Shown here: positions 27,501 to 41,038 of the stretch, in pieces | How positions within the stretch are numbered: the stretch's first letter is position 1 | Layout: every line of letters starts with the position of its first letter | From: Nageia nagi | Lineage: Eukaryota > Plantae > Pinophyta | Reading direction: 5' to 3' | DNA length: 64,000 nucleotides | Assembly (NCBI GenBank): GCA_050084985.1 | Contig: JBITNC010000001.1 | Coordinates: forward strand, 9,238,001 to 9,302,000 | Notes under the pieces: model-generated | Databases searched by the model: none | The model's input: only the letters and a program-made list of their open reading frames with translations | What the model was told of the DNA's origin: nothing | Translations under genes and position numbers: made by a program

Positions 27501-27937
27501 GTGAAAAACTGTGCCTAGATGGGGGGGAGATAGAGATTTTGATAATTTTGAATCCTTCCAAGAGCAAAGATGTTCAATTTTTTATGCTCCAACTTACCCA
27601 TGTTTTAGAATTTGATTTTGAGCTTTTTGTTGAAATAACCCGTTCACACTGGTGGAAGGTAAGTGGTTCATGTCTTTTGAATCCCAATGAGGCCAAAATA
27701 GTTGCCTAGGAATAAAATGCTCATGTTTTCTTCTTTTTCAAAATTTTCAAGGGCAATGCACTTGGATCTTCATCCTACACATGATCCCCAATTTTTACTT
27801 TTTCTTCACTTTTTTTTTCTTATTTTTGAAAAAAGTGAAGGTTTTTAGCCTTGAGATCATGGATCTTAAGAATTTTTCATGTTTTTCTTCATTTTTTTAG
27901 ATCCAAACTATTTTTGTACACGATGGAGATGGGTACT

Positions 27938-30138
27938 TGACAAGTAGAATCTTACTTTCATTGATTAAAAACGAAATCTTTACATACATATATAGGATTT
28001 TGATAGTTCAAAATATAGACTCAACTAAAATTTGACTCAAGTTGGATAAGCTCAACTTGTTACAATTCAATCTTAGAAAAACATAAATCCAGAAGTGCTA
28101 ATATTAACCTAACATGCTAGACATCAACTAGGTGAAACAAACACTCAAAATAACAACTCCTAAATCTAAATCGAGAGCAAAAAATGACAACCCGCACATG
28201 CTAAATTTAGGCGTGTAGAGATTGAACGATTTGTAGGAAAACGGCCATGATGATGGTCAAACCTTCAACAAAGATAGGCATGTGTATACTTGTTGGAAAG
28301 GTATCGTCGAGGACTATCCAATGCAAAAAGAATCAGCTCAATTGGATTCTCTACAAAATGTGATGCCTTTTCAAAGATGACTGATTTGTTGAGCAAGTCT
28401 AGTTGATAGAGAATTGGTTTGATTTTCAACTTTGAACGGTCTTCGATTGAATTGAGGTATCGTCGAGGACTATCCAATGCAAAAAGAATCAACTCAATTG
28501 GATTCTCTACAAAATGTTATGCCTTTTCAAAGATGACTGATTTGTTGAGCAAGTCTAGTTGATATAGAAATGGTTTGATCTTCAACTTCGAACGGTCTTT
28601 GATTGAGTTGAAGTTCCAACATTGTCCCCTTTGATGCTCAAGGGACTCTTCCAGAAGTATAACAAACTTGGAAGAAAACTTAATCTTTTTCGTTTCCTCC
28701 AATCTTTCAACAAGAAATCAAAGAACACAAACAATCCACATTGGCACTCCTTCCACCTTTGATGTGGGATCTCCTCCATCTTTGATGTTGCTCCTTGTAG
28801 ATAATTGAGTGCCTTCTTTTAATGAGCTGCTCTCCCTTGATCAAAAACTTCCTGTATTGACATTCTATCAACACCAATAGCAATGGTTCTCATCAACCAT
28901 TCTTGCTCATCTTTTCTTACATTTGTACTCCTTTCTTCTTAAGTGGTGTTTTTACAATAATTAATCATCTCACATAGATGATTAAGCCATACAACTCTCT
29001 CCCATATTTTCACACAACAAATCACCAATTACATATGCAACCAAGTGTTGCTCTTCACACAAAGTTTCAGGCTTTGTTATAATACATGACTTCTCCTCCC
29101 AAGGAATTTTGAACACATCATTTGAGTCCAAGTGAACCAAGCTCCCAAATTTTGTCTTCACTCCAAGAAGACTCTTCTTCAAGGTTGTCTCCATGAGACA
29201 ATTATCAAATCTGATTTTTGCTTTGGAATGATGCCTTGGAAACACATTTTCCATCTTCTTCAATAACAGTGTTAGAACTATCTATGAAACTTCTAATCAA
29301 ATTATTAGTATACAAATCAAATAGCAAGTATTTATCACCTCCAATGATGATATCTTGAAGAGATTTCCATTTTCTTTCTTTTGTTGTTGCTTCGTAAGCA
29401 GCCATCTCTTCATCCAAAGCAAGATACCTCCATGGTACCCTTCACATAATGTTGTCTCTTCAAAACAACTCTTATTCACTCCATGTAAGTGATTTTCATC
29501 TTTGTCTATTGAAGGTTCCATTGTCATCACAACATGAAACTCATCAATGACTATCTTAGCATTTTCTATCTCTCCCTTTAGATAGTCTTTTGTGCTCTTT
29601 TCTTCACACAACATATCTTTCACTCTTGATGAGTGATCTTCACAATTGATCATGAAACTTATAATCTTCATCTCCTCTTCATCAATCTTTTCATGCGGAT
29701 CAACATCCCACATAACTTGAGCATTTTCAACATTCACTCCATATGAGTGAGTTTCACAATTTGCATCCACTCCATGTGATTGGTCTTCACAATATACCAT
29801 TCGATATGAATGATTTTCCACTTCATCTAAGTGAATAAATTATATATTTGAAAACTAAACTCTGAGCACTACATTTTCAAACTAGTGACCTTTCTCATGA
29901 TTCCATGTCTAAGTGCTTCAAATTTTGAGATCAATCATACCTAAACTTGAAAATCAAGGAAAACACTTCCACTTTTTGGCCTTAAAATGGACCCAACTGC
30001 TTGCACCCACCCCAATGCAATAAAAATCAACTCAATTGGATGTCTCTACACAAAGTTATGCTTTCGCAAGTCTAGTTGATAGAGAATTGGTTTGATCTTC
30101 AACTTCGAACGGTCTTCGATTGAGCTCAAGTTCCAACA
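27938..30138 (-). mobile_element. Deleted relative of the gag-only element at 10868-14745
   Basis: LTR 27938-28621 (with internal duplication of about 155 bp, 28300-28610), PPT 28622-28631, partial LTR about 30010-30138; TSD GTACT/ATACT. Shared peptides DYLKGEIEN, ETLCEEQHLVA, FLLKDWRKRKR. Confidence 0.8.
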
Positions 30139-31561
30139 ATACTCAAATCCATTCTCCAAATTGATTTGTAAAATTTTGGACTTTTACACCATTTTCCATG
30201 TGTTTTTCTTCAAAAAATGCATGCTTGGAATGCAATATGAAGGTTTGTGATGCAAATGAAGGGTTTTGTAAAATCCCAGGTAATTCTCCATGCAAATATT
30301 AGCCAAACAATAAGCAATAAATATCAAATTACGCCTCTAAGCATGCCATGAATTGATCAAGGGCATCAAACATGCACAAAAATGAGCCAGGAATCCCAAT
30401 GGCTCACTCTACATGTCAAATAACACCTTAATTGCCCAACATCACACACAAGGAAGCAATATTGCATCAACGCACCAAAATATGAGACGAAATAGAGAGC
30501 AAATGTACCATGACTCAATTAATGATGGAATGATGAGTACAATACAATTCTAGGCCCTCAAAGGCTCAACGTTGGCCTTCAAAGAGCCAACTAAGGCATA
30601 CTAATGTGCAAATATGGACTCTGGTGCAGATATATTGTAGAACAACCACACTCTACTAGATTTGTAGATGCCTCATTGAAGGGCTTCCTCACAGGCTAGC
30701 TCCCGACGAAGAGAACAAGTGCGATTCCGGAATACCATCGGATGGATTCAAAGGTGCAGACCGCTATGGACACCTCAGAGTAGGGTAACCTCATAGCACA
30801 AACATTCACCTCAACCGCTAGTCATAAGGTGTTCCAAGCCTCTTGGACTCTCCCTGGTCTATACGCCCAAGGGTGCTTGACACCGCCAAGACTTGAGAAC
30901 TTCCGAAGAGTAAAAAGGGTTTCAATATAATAATCAACATATCTATACAATGATTTGAATCTCCTTTATATAGTTTTCTCCCAGATCTCACCTAAGAATC
31001 ATGCACATGCCTTTTTAATCCAATGTTGCCTAGGGATGCCAATAATCACATTTAGTGGTCCACATTACAATATCCAATGGCTAGATATGTAATGCCTCAT
31101 TATTGGAGACTAATATTGCATTTACAATTATTAATTGGCTTTGGAATTATGTATTACAACTCATACAAGTGGCTCCCATTATTACTATGATAAAACACAC
31201 TAAATCTTCTCTTAATTACCAAGGTCACACCTAAATACAATCCATAACTAACTCATATCCCAAGGAGAGGGACCTCACACTCCAAGGGGTCAATATGGAG
31301 ATATTCTTGGATTTCTGTGCGCGGACATGGTATGAAAGACTATTCCCACTAGCGAACTTCAAGAGGCCATAACTCTTTTGTTTCCTGATGAAACTATGTC
31401 GTATAAGCTGTCAAAACGCTTCCCACGAGTTGCTCTATCCAATGAAGAAGTCTAATCAACCATCCAAAACCTATGGCAAACTTTATTTTCAAAAAGGGAA
31501 CACCTAGGATCCCAAATTTCACTAGTTTAGCCCAAAAGGGGATGTTACAAAGCCTCCCCTC

Positions 31562-33241
31562 TCAAAATTGCTTGCCCTCAAGCAATTGCAATACAATCCC
31601 AGGGTTCCAAATCAATATCAAAGTAGTAGGTCCATGATGTTGTTTTTGCACCACTATCTTCTTCTTGGAAAAAATGAAAAAGGGTGCGAGGGCAACATCA
31701 ACATGTAAGGATACAATTCTCCAAAAAGTCATCAAAGCCGTATCACGATCCATACATGCTGATTTTTGAAGTACTATCTTCGCCATCCTCTCATCATCCT
31801 TCATGTTTTGAAAGTGAGCATATATGAGATCTATCAGTTCCTCTACAAACTCAATTCTGATTTAAAGCTGACCCCAAACTGAGAATGCAAGTGAACTAGT
31901 AGCCTTTTCTTTCCTTCCCAAGTCAACCAATGAATGATACTCAGGTCTAAAATAAAAATCAAAACTCAACATCTCAAAATCAGCCCTCATGACTTCCCGA
32001 TCAATGTACAAACATGTGTTGATAGTTAACATTGCCAACATTGGGTCTCCACAACTACACTTAAATGGTGCAAGGAGTGCCAACCAAAAGCTCTCCAACT
32101 GTGTACTAATAGCAGTCAACAAATCAGTCCCTGAAATACCAATAATCCAAACAAAGCCTCTTATCATCACCAAACAATCATCAATGATTGCATCCATTAA
32201 GTCAGGGATAGCAGTCATCAAATCATCATCAAATAATACATCAACAATGTGTGTAAAGACAACAAATATTCCTTGATCATTGGCAGCCCCTATCAAGTGA
32301 AAAGCATTCCTTATATCATCTTCAACAGTCCTTTCATCAACAATAAGTTCAGCCCTTACTGCATGTATATCAGTCCCAAAGTCATGAGCAAAAAGTACAA
32401 CAACAGTCATCATTGTTATCAGCAATTAATGCAGCCCCTATGGAGTGAACAACAGTCGCAGAATGGTGTCCGGATGATGCAATAAGAGTCCTGCTGTTAA
32501 CAACAAACAAGATGCTCTCCCATGCTTGAACGTTTCCTCCAAAATTATTATAAAAGGATGCAAAAACAGTGAACATATCAGCAACAGCCAATGCACCAAT
32601 GTATGCATTCCACAATATATGGGAAAAAGCCCCTACTGGCCATCCGAGTGCAGCCAACAAGGGTGACTCAGGTCTGAAGCGAAACTCAGCCACTAATGCT
32701 CCAGAATCAGCCCTACGCATCTCATTCACTGCCCACTTTGTCAACACTTTGCTTCTCAAAGTTTTGCAGCCTCCAAAGTTTTCAATGATGAATAGTCAGT
32801 AGCCCTTAGATCAACTTCAACAGGAGCCTCAAACTTTTTCTCAAAACCCAGTAAGTATGCAGTCCCTACAGCAGTCATTGTGGTTGTTTTCATGACGCCA
32901 AGTGACTGCAATATGGCAATTTCAGCCTTGGTCAGAAGTGCAGTCCCAAATAGTATTTTAGCAATTTTGTTTGGGTGCATAACTGCCCTCACCTCCTTGT
33001 TATCCGCCAGCTCCCTCAAGACCAAAGGAAACCATTCTTTTATTGCTCTTCTATTCTTTCCAACGCAACCTCCTATCAACCAACTTTTGTTAAAAACCAA
33101 ATTAAATTCTGTTGCATACCTTTTCCAAGTGTTCTTATGTCTGTGCCAAGTTTCCAAAAAGTCCCAATGATGCCTTAGAGAATGGGTGTCTCTTTTTAGG
33201 ACTAGATCTTTATGTGTCAAAGGTACTAACCCTCCAAACAA
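31562..33241 (-). pseudogene. Chain of frameshifted ORFs of unknown function in the LARD interior
   Basis: ORFs of 161, 125, 187 and 80 aa abut or overlap. Internal repeat RADSGALVAEFRFRPE / RADFEMLSFDFYFRPE. Confidence 0.4.
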
Positions 33242-34520
33242 TGATGGATGGCTGTCATAAAGTTAAGATCTTGTTGGTATGTTTTTTTTTCCTCGCCCAA
33301 AACATGCACAAGACTTGGAGGAAACAACGTTACTTGTTTCCGCCTCAAAGGACTGGTTACCCCAAGCGCTCACATGGAATATGGTCTTTAAGGCTCAGCA
33401 GTTAGAGATGCATGTTGTTAACCATATACAAGGGAAATACACGTCAGAGTTTCTTTCCACAATGAGGAAAGACTGCAAATGTAAACGAAAGCGAAGAAAG
33501 ATCACAAATGCAGGGACAAACACAAGGATAAATGCAAGGAAAATGCGAGGAAAGGTAAAGGCTTATGAAGATATCACCAGGGATACAGTGTCTCGGCAGG
33601 TCATCTTCAGATTTATAAAGGTTGATGCATTCACTATCAAGTCGGCCAACAAATAGCAAATATGCTCAAATCACTCCCAGACGAGAGCAAGAAGCTAGGG
33701 TCTTTGTGGAAGACTCGATGGAGGGGGTATAAGTGACTCAGTATTCTCCACAATATATACTTTATGCTTTCATTCCTCTAGATAACACATTCATAATAAT
33801 ATTCAACAACTAATCATGCATAGAACCCCTTATGCAACAAACCTTTATGCAATGGAATGTGAGTAAAGGGTGCAGTAGTTCAAAACTCATACACACAATT
33901 TATGACCAGCATCCAAAATATAAGAGTCTCAACATGCAATATTTCCATTAAGGTAGAGTCTCACATATGCAACAATGCATAAAAAATCATGCAATATCCT
34001 AGATGCAAAAATTGCAAATATGTAAATATCTCAAATGCTGAAATTTCCTTGCATGCACCCTAATGCCAAAATCCTTTTCTAAATGGCCTAAGTGTGGTAT
34101 ATGTAGGCCACTAGAAGTGTTGCTCTAAAGGCATCAAATCTGATATGGTGGGCGCACACACAACACACATACTAATACAAAATCAGATCGCACAAAATTA
34201 TGCAAATGGCATTTAAAGCTAACAAAATATAAATGCCACTGCCAAAATGCATCTAATCTATATCTAATCTATGCAACAATAAATCAGATATGCAATAAAG
34301 AGTTTGAAAAATCTGACATCTAAACGGGTGGGAGCAAAAACCTCACCCCTGCACCGATCAGAGCCATAAATGAGTTTGACAGATTTGACCTGGCGGGAGC
34401 AAAATCTCATCCCTACACCTATCAAATCAGATGAAATAGAGTTTGACATAACAACCAACATTAAATATGCATCAAACAAAGGAAAAGATACCATAGGTGA
34501 AATCTACGGGTGGATCAGAC

Positions 34521-37500
34521 CTAGGCTAGATCTAATCCGATACGGGCAGAGTTCCACTCCTTGCTGGTGAGACCGTAGGATTCAATGGTCTCCTCCAAGA
34601 ATGCCATAGTCTTCGGCACGCCCCTGGAGATCATGCCAATAGTACTGCCATTCTTTCGGAAATAACTTTCAATCTTTTTTGATGTTGCCTACATCTAGTG
34701 TCTCCAAATGACCATTTGGCTCTCATGGATGATGGGATGCCCTGTCTTCAGCAAGTTGAAATCGTTAACTTCAAGATGTTCTTGAATCAGATTTTGGGCC
34801 TTTGCCAATACCGCCTCCTTTCTAATGTTGTTATCCTCGTGGGAAGATAACTATTCAACGTGTTAAGGTGTGCTGAAATTTGTGATTTGAGATCTTTGAT
34901 TTCCACACCTTCAACAAGCAGTTTGTAAATTTGGGAAGACAATCTCTCGATGGTGTCCATCACTTCTTTCCTAAGCTGCTCCTTCATCAGTTCCCATCCT
35001 TCATGGAAGGAAGTTTGCCTCTGTAGATCTAAAGGGATGGTGTTAATTTTCTAGAATTCCTTGATGATTTTCTTGCTTGTTGTGAATTCCTTCTTCAACC
35101 TCTTCACCTCCTTTTAGGCTTTGTAGCCTTCCTGCTCCATGATTGCAGCATTCATGTAACTATGTGCTTCTTGGCTGTCAATCCTAGTTTTACAGGCATC
35201 TTGAACGCGATGACCTAGTCCTCTGCCCTCTGAGGATGCTTCTCCTTTGAGTAGCAATGGTTGATGGAGATTTCTTTTCGAGAGGTGGAGACAAAAGTGT
35301 CCACCCTCCGAATCTTCTCCCCATTCGAAAGTTCTTCCTCCTCGTCTTCAGAGCGTAAGTCCTCATCTATGTCTTCGTCATGAGCCGTACTCATGCTGAA
35401 GGCTCTAAGGCAAGCATCCAGGTCAAGATCCAAATGTTTGGTTGCTGGTAGAGGGGGAAACCTTTGAACCAACAATCTTCCTTTATTGATCTTCTTGACC
35501 TCCTTTGCTAGAGTGGTCTGAACTAGGACCATCTCTTTGCCTTGATGCTCCTCTCTGCCTTTGCTTCTTTTTTTGTTCCTTAGTCTCTCCTCCATTTTCC
35601 TCATCTCCTCCATTACCGCCTATAGATATGCCTTTATTCCGAGGTTGGGGAGATCTCTCATGACTCGTCCTCTTTGTGGAGGATTTATGTGAAGAAGGGG
35701 ACTTCTTCCTATGCTCAGCAGGAGAGGTGTTGGATGTAGCCACCTCTCTAGCACACTTTTCTCCAACTATTTGTATGTCATCATGATAGGTACCAACGTC
35801 CACTATGTCATCATCCGAGATGGTTTCAATTTTTGTTTCATCTTTCATCAGGCGTTGAAGCACCTACAGTTATGTCTTCCTGATCAGGCATACTGGTAGC
35901 ATTGTCAACATCATGATCATCTTCTTCTTCTCTCTCGCTGTGGCTTTTTGATTCTTTTCCAGAATCTTCCACCCTACGGTCAGGATCTTCATCAGTTTCT
36001 TCATCGGAAGAAGAAGAGGAACGCTCAGAGCTAGAGCTAGAGCTAGAACTTGGTTGTAGAGGGGGAACTTTCTCCTTGGGACCAGGAGAATGAGCAAGTC
36101 TGGAAGGGATTGCCTTGGTGGTGAATCATTGGCACAAGTCGCATTCATTACATCATCTAGCACATCCGAGGGGAGAGCATGATAACCAGTGTCTCTGAGA
36201 TAAGCCACCACCACACTGCGTTTGCTAGGACCTGGGATGGGTTCCCTCGGGGCTTCTTACCTCTTTCCTACAGGAAGTAAGAGTGTCTTTCCTGGTGAGG
36301 ACGTTTGTGAGCAGGAGAAGGAGACTTGATCCTGAGAGAGACCTTTTCATATCCGAGCTTGGTAGTTCGAGGTCTTTGAGGGGGCTTCTTTGTCTGGAGG
36401 GGAGCCTTTTTCTTGCTTAAAAGAGGATCTATTTGTGCAATCTTTTCTTTATCATGCACGTTCCTAAACTTCTCTTCATTCCCCAAAAGCTTATGCAGAA
36501 ACACAATGGGTTTGTGGAAAGCTGTGTCATAGAAATGTGCAATTATGCCCTTGGGATCGTAGTTCCTAGCGGCAGCTTCCCTAAAGAAGTTATATTGTTG
36601 TAGCTCCTCCCTCATATGGGTTGCCTCAACCCATGTTTGGCATACATACTTGGATATAGAGAGGCAAATTTATGGTGGCATTCTTCTTCTTCCAGACCTT
36701 CTCCTTCAAGAACAAGAGTTGCCTGGCAAACTCCATGAGAATCAACCTTTCACTAGCATACCTTGGTAGGAGTAGGGTTTGCTCATTTGAGCCATAGACT
36801 CCGATATATGTGAAGTCAGCGTCTTGTAGAAAGAAATCTGCATGTACGCTGATGGCTTGAATAGCTGCATCAGAAATCCTCTTCACAACAGACTCCCCTT
36901 TGATATTCTTGTAGATATCATACTCCCGATGATCGATCCTCATAAAAATACTGGAACTTGTTCTAATACCACCATCTCTGGTAAGCTCTTCACATAAGGA
37001 TGTTCTTTTGCCCCAAGTACCTTTCGTCAGCCAACTCCTTGGATCTAACTTTACCATGCAACAACAGGTACACAAGATAAGAGTTCATATAGAATCTCTT
37101 CGAGGAGCCAAAATAGGCTAACTGATGGCGTAGGGCATCACTGATTACCCCATCCCATCGGATAGGTCTCTCCGAACTGATAGCTGCAATGAAACATGTG
37201 AACTCTCTTCTATACTTAACATCATTTTCTTGACTAGTCACCCTCGATAGGAGAGTGATAAATTTTGCCACAACAGGCAGAAATTTCTCTCTTTGTGCGT
37301 TGATCAGTCTTTGTCCTTGAAGGTTTTGATACTCTTCAAGCAACCAAGGTCGAATGTAATCCCCAGGTTGGGCTGTGAAATCATGGAACTGCTCTGAATA
37401 AGCCAATGTATAATCATCCCCATATCTTTTCCAGCTGAAGGTTGCTTCGATTCCATCAGGGGAAAAGTCCATGATCACGTTACCCTATGTGTCTTGCAAC

Positions 37501-37871
37501 ACCCTTTTATCATATTCACACTTCTTGGCTACCTCACTGCATAGGTCAGGAAAAGGTACTGCAAAGGGCATCATAGCGGCATTGAACAAACCGCATGTGT
37601 GGATGAGTTCTTTTGATAAGTCCACTTTGTTGATGGAGGATGTGGAGGCTAATGTCAGGATAGGGTCCGAGTTTCCCCAATCTGTGTCACCAACGAAGAT
37701 ATGTCTCCTCTTGAATTTGGCTTCAGGGAGCTCTGGTTTCTTTTTGTTCTGAAATTCAATCAGGCTTTCTTTCAAAAGCCGAGTCATCTGGCTTTTAGTT
37801 ACATGCCTTTCGAACAACTGGACTTGAACCTTCCTGGTCCTCAATGGAGGTGCTCCGATGTTTGAAGCCAT
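34521..37871 (-). pseudogene. LTR-borne accessory protein, about 1,100 aa when reconstructed: conserved N-terminal domain, low-complexity middle, helical C-terminus
   Basis: Contiguous ORF pieces 37485-37871, 36990-37478, 36626-37075, 36268-36615, 35483-35863, 35215-35613, 34787-34987 and 34521-34790. The N-terminus is homologous to 5610-6439 and the C-terminus to 51444-51800 and 62037-62400. Confidence 0.8.
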
Positions 37872-37919
37872 GCAAGAATGTCACTTATCTCCTTCCCCTT
37901 TCAACTCCTGACGTCTGAC

Positions 37920-39520
37920 AATTCTGGGCGCATAGTTTTTGATGAGTGTAAAAGCACAGCTTGAAAAGCATGTAATTGGGCCTAGGGTCAGTTAGTCAAA
38001 TTCCGGAATAAACTTCTTCACTTCAAATCTGGGCACATGGTTTTGGATGAGTGCTTTGAGCACAGCCTCGAAAACATGTGACTAGGATCAGGGTTTGGAT
38101 TGAAATGCCTTAGCTAAAGAGGTTAACTGGATGTGCCATGTTCCCCAAAATCCTTCCTTCTTTGTTGCATGGTTTTGAATGAGTGCCTAAGCATGCATGA
38201 GAAATGGTGCGCCTAGAGAAGATGGTAATTCTGAAATGCAGTGATTGAAATGATTAAGGGGTGAGGGGGTATTTATAGATTCATGTATTGCCAGGTGTCA
38301 CCTCCTAATTGGTCCATTTAGGGGTCAAATAGCGGACCAAGAACAAGGGCGCATGTCTCTTGAAGGTTGTAAAAGCATGTGATGAAAAGCATTCGACTAG
38401 TCCCCTAAGTACTTAGCCAAATTCCAAGCTGAATTGAAGTTCAATCCCTGGTCACACCCTTTTGGATGGGTGCTAAAAACATGTGATGAAAAGCATGCAA
38501 CTAGTCCCCTAAGTACTTAGCCAAATTCCAAGCCGAATTGAAGTTTTAACCTCTTGGTTGTACTGTTTTCGATGAGTGCAAAAGCACAACTTGAAGTCTT
38601 TGTGCCAAGGTTCTAGCATGCTTCCCAAGGCCAAAATTCTCAAGATATCTCAAAAAAATTGCAAGTAGGTCCTTGATCACATGTCCTAGAAGGGGTGCTT
38701 TTCTCCCTTACCTCCACACTCTACTCTAGACAAGATGTCAAACTGAAATAAAGGGGCTGACTTCCTTTTTATGGCCCTTCGGATGGGATAGGTGTCGCCA
38801 TGTGATAGGTGCAGAAAGAGGTCCAATGCATGAGTTTCCACTTGTTAACCCACGGAGTCCAACAGTTAGCCGATTTTCCCTTCATTGATCTAGTCGCATG
38901 GTTTCGGATGGGTGCAAAAGGAGTCATCCAAAAGCATGCGACAAGCTTTGATGCCCAAGAAAATGACTAAGTATTTTTCACCTTGGTCACACCACTTTGG
39001 GTGAGTGCAAGAGGACTCACCTAAAAGCATGTGACAACTCATAGCTCCAAAAAATGCTAAGTATGAAATCTCCACTTTGGTCGCATTGTTTTTGGTGAGT
39101 GCAAAGGACTCACGCAAAAACATGTGACAATTTTTAATATGCTAAGTATAGAAACTGCCACCTTGGTCGCACCTTTTCTGAAGGGTGCAAAAGGACTTAC
39201 TAGGAAACATGTGACAACTTTTCATGCAACAACAAAAATGCTAAGTATGAGAAGGTTTTCACCTTGGTCGCACCTTTTCTGAAGGGTGCAAAAGGACACC
39301 CTAAAAAACGTACGACACGCTAAAAAATACTGATTTTCCATTGCAGTTTTGACTAAAGCGAGACACATGAAATGCAAACGGATTCCTACAACATGGAGGC
39401 CTTCAGGATGCCACTAAACATGAAATGCAAGTGATGAAAAATGCAGGAGGAGGCTGGTCGTATGGTTTGAAAGGAGTGCAAAAACACTCATTGAAAAACA
39501 TGTGACAGGCTGTAAAATGT
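37920..39520. repeat. Array of G(G/T)CGC-N40-GCGAC dyad units (about 85-105 bp period)
   Basis: Units at about 37927, 38031, 38347, 38450, 38892, 38985, 39079, 39165, 39266 and 39456. Confidence 0.78.
38265..38278 (-). promoter_or_regulatory. TATA box upstream of accessory ORF in LTR D
   Basis: Minus strand CTATAAATACCCCC about 400 bp upstream of the ATG at 37871, with CCAAT about 35 bp further upstream. Confidence 0.5.
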
Positions 39521-40002
39521 ATGATTCTGACTTGACTACCATTAAAATGCAATTTAAACATGTTCCTGATACTAGCCCAAAAGATATGCATTCCCTTTGA
39601 CAAATTTCTTTCATGCAATTTCCTCCTTGTTATCCTAAGGGTCCTCAAAATGCCAAAACTTTTGGGGGGGTGTTGTGTAGGTAAAACAGATTTAATGTCA
39701 CACCCCTTCGCATTATCTTCATGACGGTTCAAGATGTCAAGAATACACAAATGATGCCTCCAAGGATAGACATTCCTTTCTACAACTAAGAGTTTTGGTT
39801 TGGGATGTGCAATACTCCCCTCTAGATCCTACAAATCTGGACATTCTTCTTCAAGGGCTGAAGTTGCAAGAGAGAAATCTCCAATGGCCTTCATACCTTC
39901 ATTTGACATGATATTCTCTCCTTCGCCATTTGTGCCACTTTCCATGTTGGGCTCAAGATCTTCTTCATGCTCTATATCATTTTCATCAATGTGGTCAAGG
40001 GA

Positions 40003-41038
40003 TCAAATGCAATGATCCTCATCCCGTGCGTCCTTTATGCTACATTTTTCCAACTTCGGGCTTTCTTTCTTTTCAATGCTGTCCTCTTCTGTCATAGCCT
40101 TCTTGCAAAATTCTTCAATTTTAGGGTCAACAATCTTTTCCTCAAGATCCATTTCTGATTTCTGATTCACTAGATTCTTCTTCTTTTTAGATCTTGATGT
40201 AGAATCTCCTGATAACCACCTATAGAAGCTCTTTGAGAAGCTCCCTTCTTGATTTCGTGCAATAACACGAATAAATGGTTGTACCAGTTCAAATCTGAAT
40301 TTTGGTTGTAGATCTCTTCTCCCATCATATTGCATGAATGAACTTCTGTCATAAAAATCAGAATTGCTTTCATACCTTTTTGGAGTGTCATTATGGCAGA
40401 TCCAAGTCTCATAATGGTATGAAGGATGCTCTAGAGGATGCACGTTCTTCTCAAAGGTTGAGATCTCTCGGATCGGAAACTCTTCACTCCCCCATGGCTT
40501 TACTTTCTTCCCCAAAACCTCCAAATAATCCTGAAAATTAATTATTGCCCTAAATTCTTCTGAATTTTCCATGTACTCTTGGTGTAGGGTATTCAACTCC
40601 CATGGATCTACAAGATTAGGATCATCCTCTTGACTTGAAAGGAACATGGGCTAGGTCGTTCTAGGCAATGGTGATGAATGGCCAACCAAACTATCTTCTC
40701 CTCCTGGACCTCTTGCAAACCCTGATCTATGCAAAAATGTCAACTCCTCTCAGATCTTGTTTTTGTATAGATCCTGTTCTATGAAAGTGTGGTGAAATCC
40801 TCTCCTCCAAATTTTGCATAGGTCTGTACTCCATTTGTTGAGCAAGCATTTCCCTAGTAGCATAACTCCCACATGCTGAATGAGAAACTCTACTACGCAT
40901 GCCATTAAGCAATTCCTCTCCTTGCTTGACATCTTGTTGATCTAACTCCTTGAGTAATCTCAGCATTACTTCAATATTAATGTCTATGTTCTCCATACTA
41001 ATTGCAGATCTGAAAGGCTTGCTCCCTTCCATCTTCAC
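40003..41038 (-). pseudogene. Degenerate ORFs in the gag position of the LARD
   Basis: 103-aa and 214-aa ORFs start just downstream of the PBS. No diagnostic motif recognised, so the assignment is positional. Confidence 0.35.

Larger units (their letters stand above)
33272..39688 (-). mobile_element. Giant solo LTR D (6.4 kb), Tat-like family, containing the complete accessory ORF
   Basis: TGTTGG...TGTTGTGTAGGTAAAACA; TSD GATCT/GATTT; both termini match the family ends. Confidence 0.82.
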
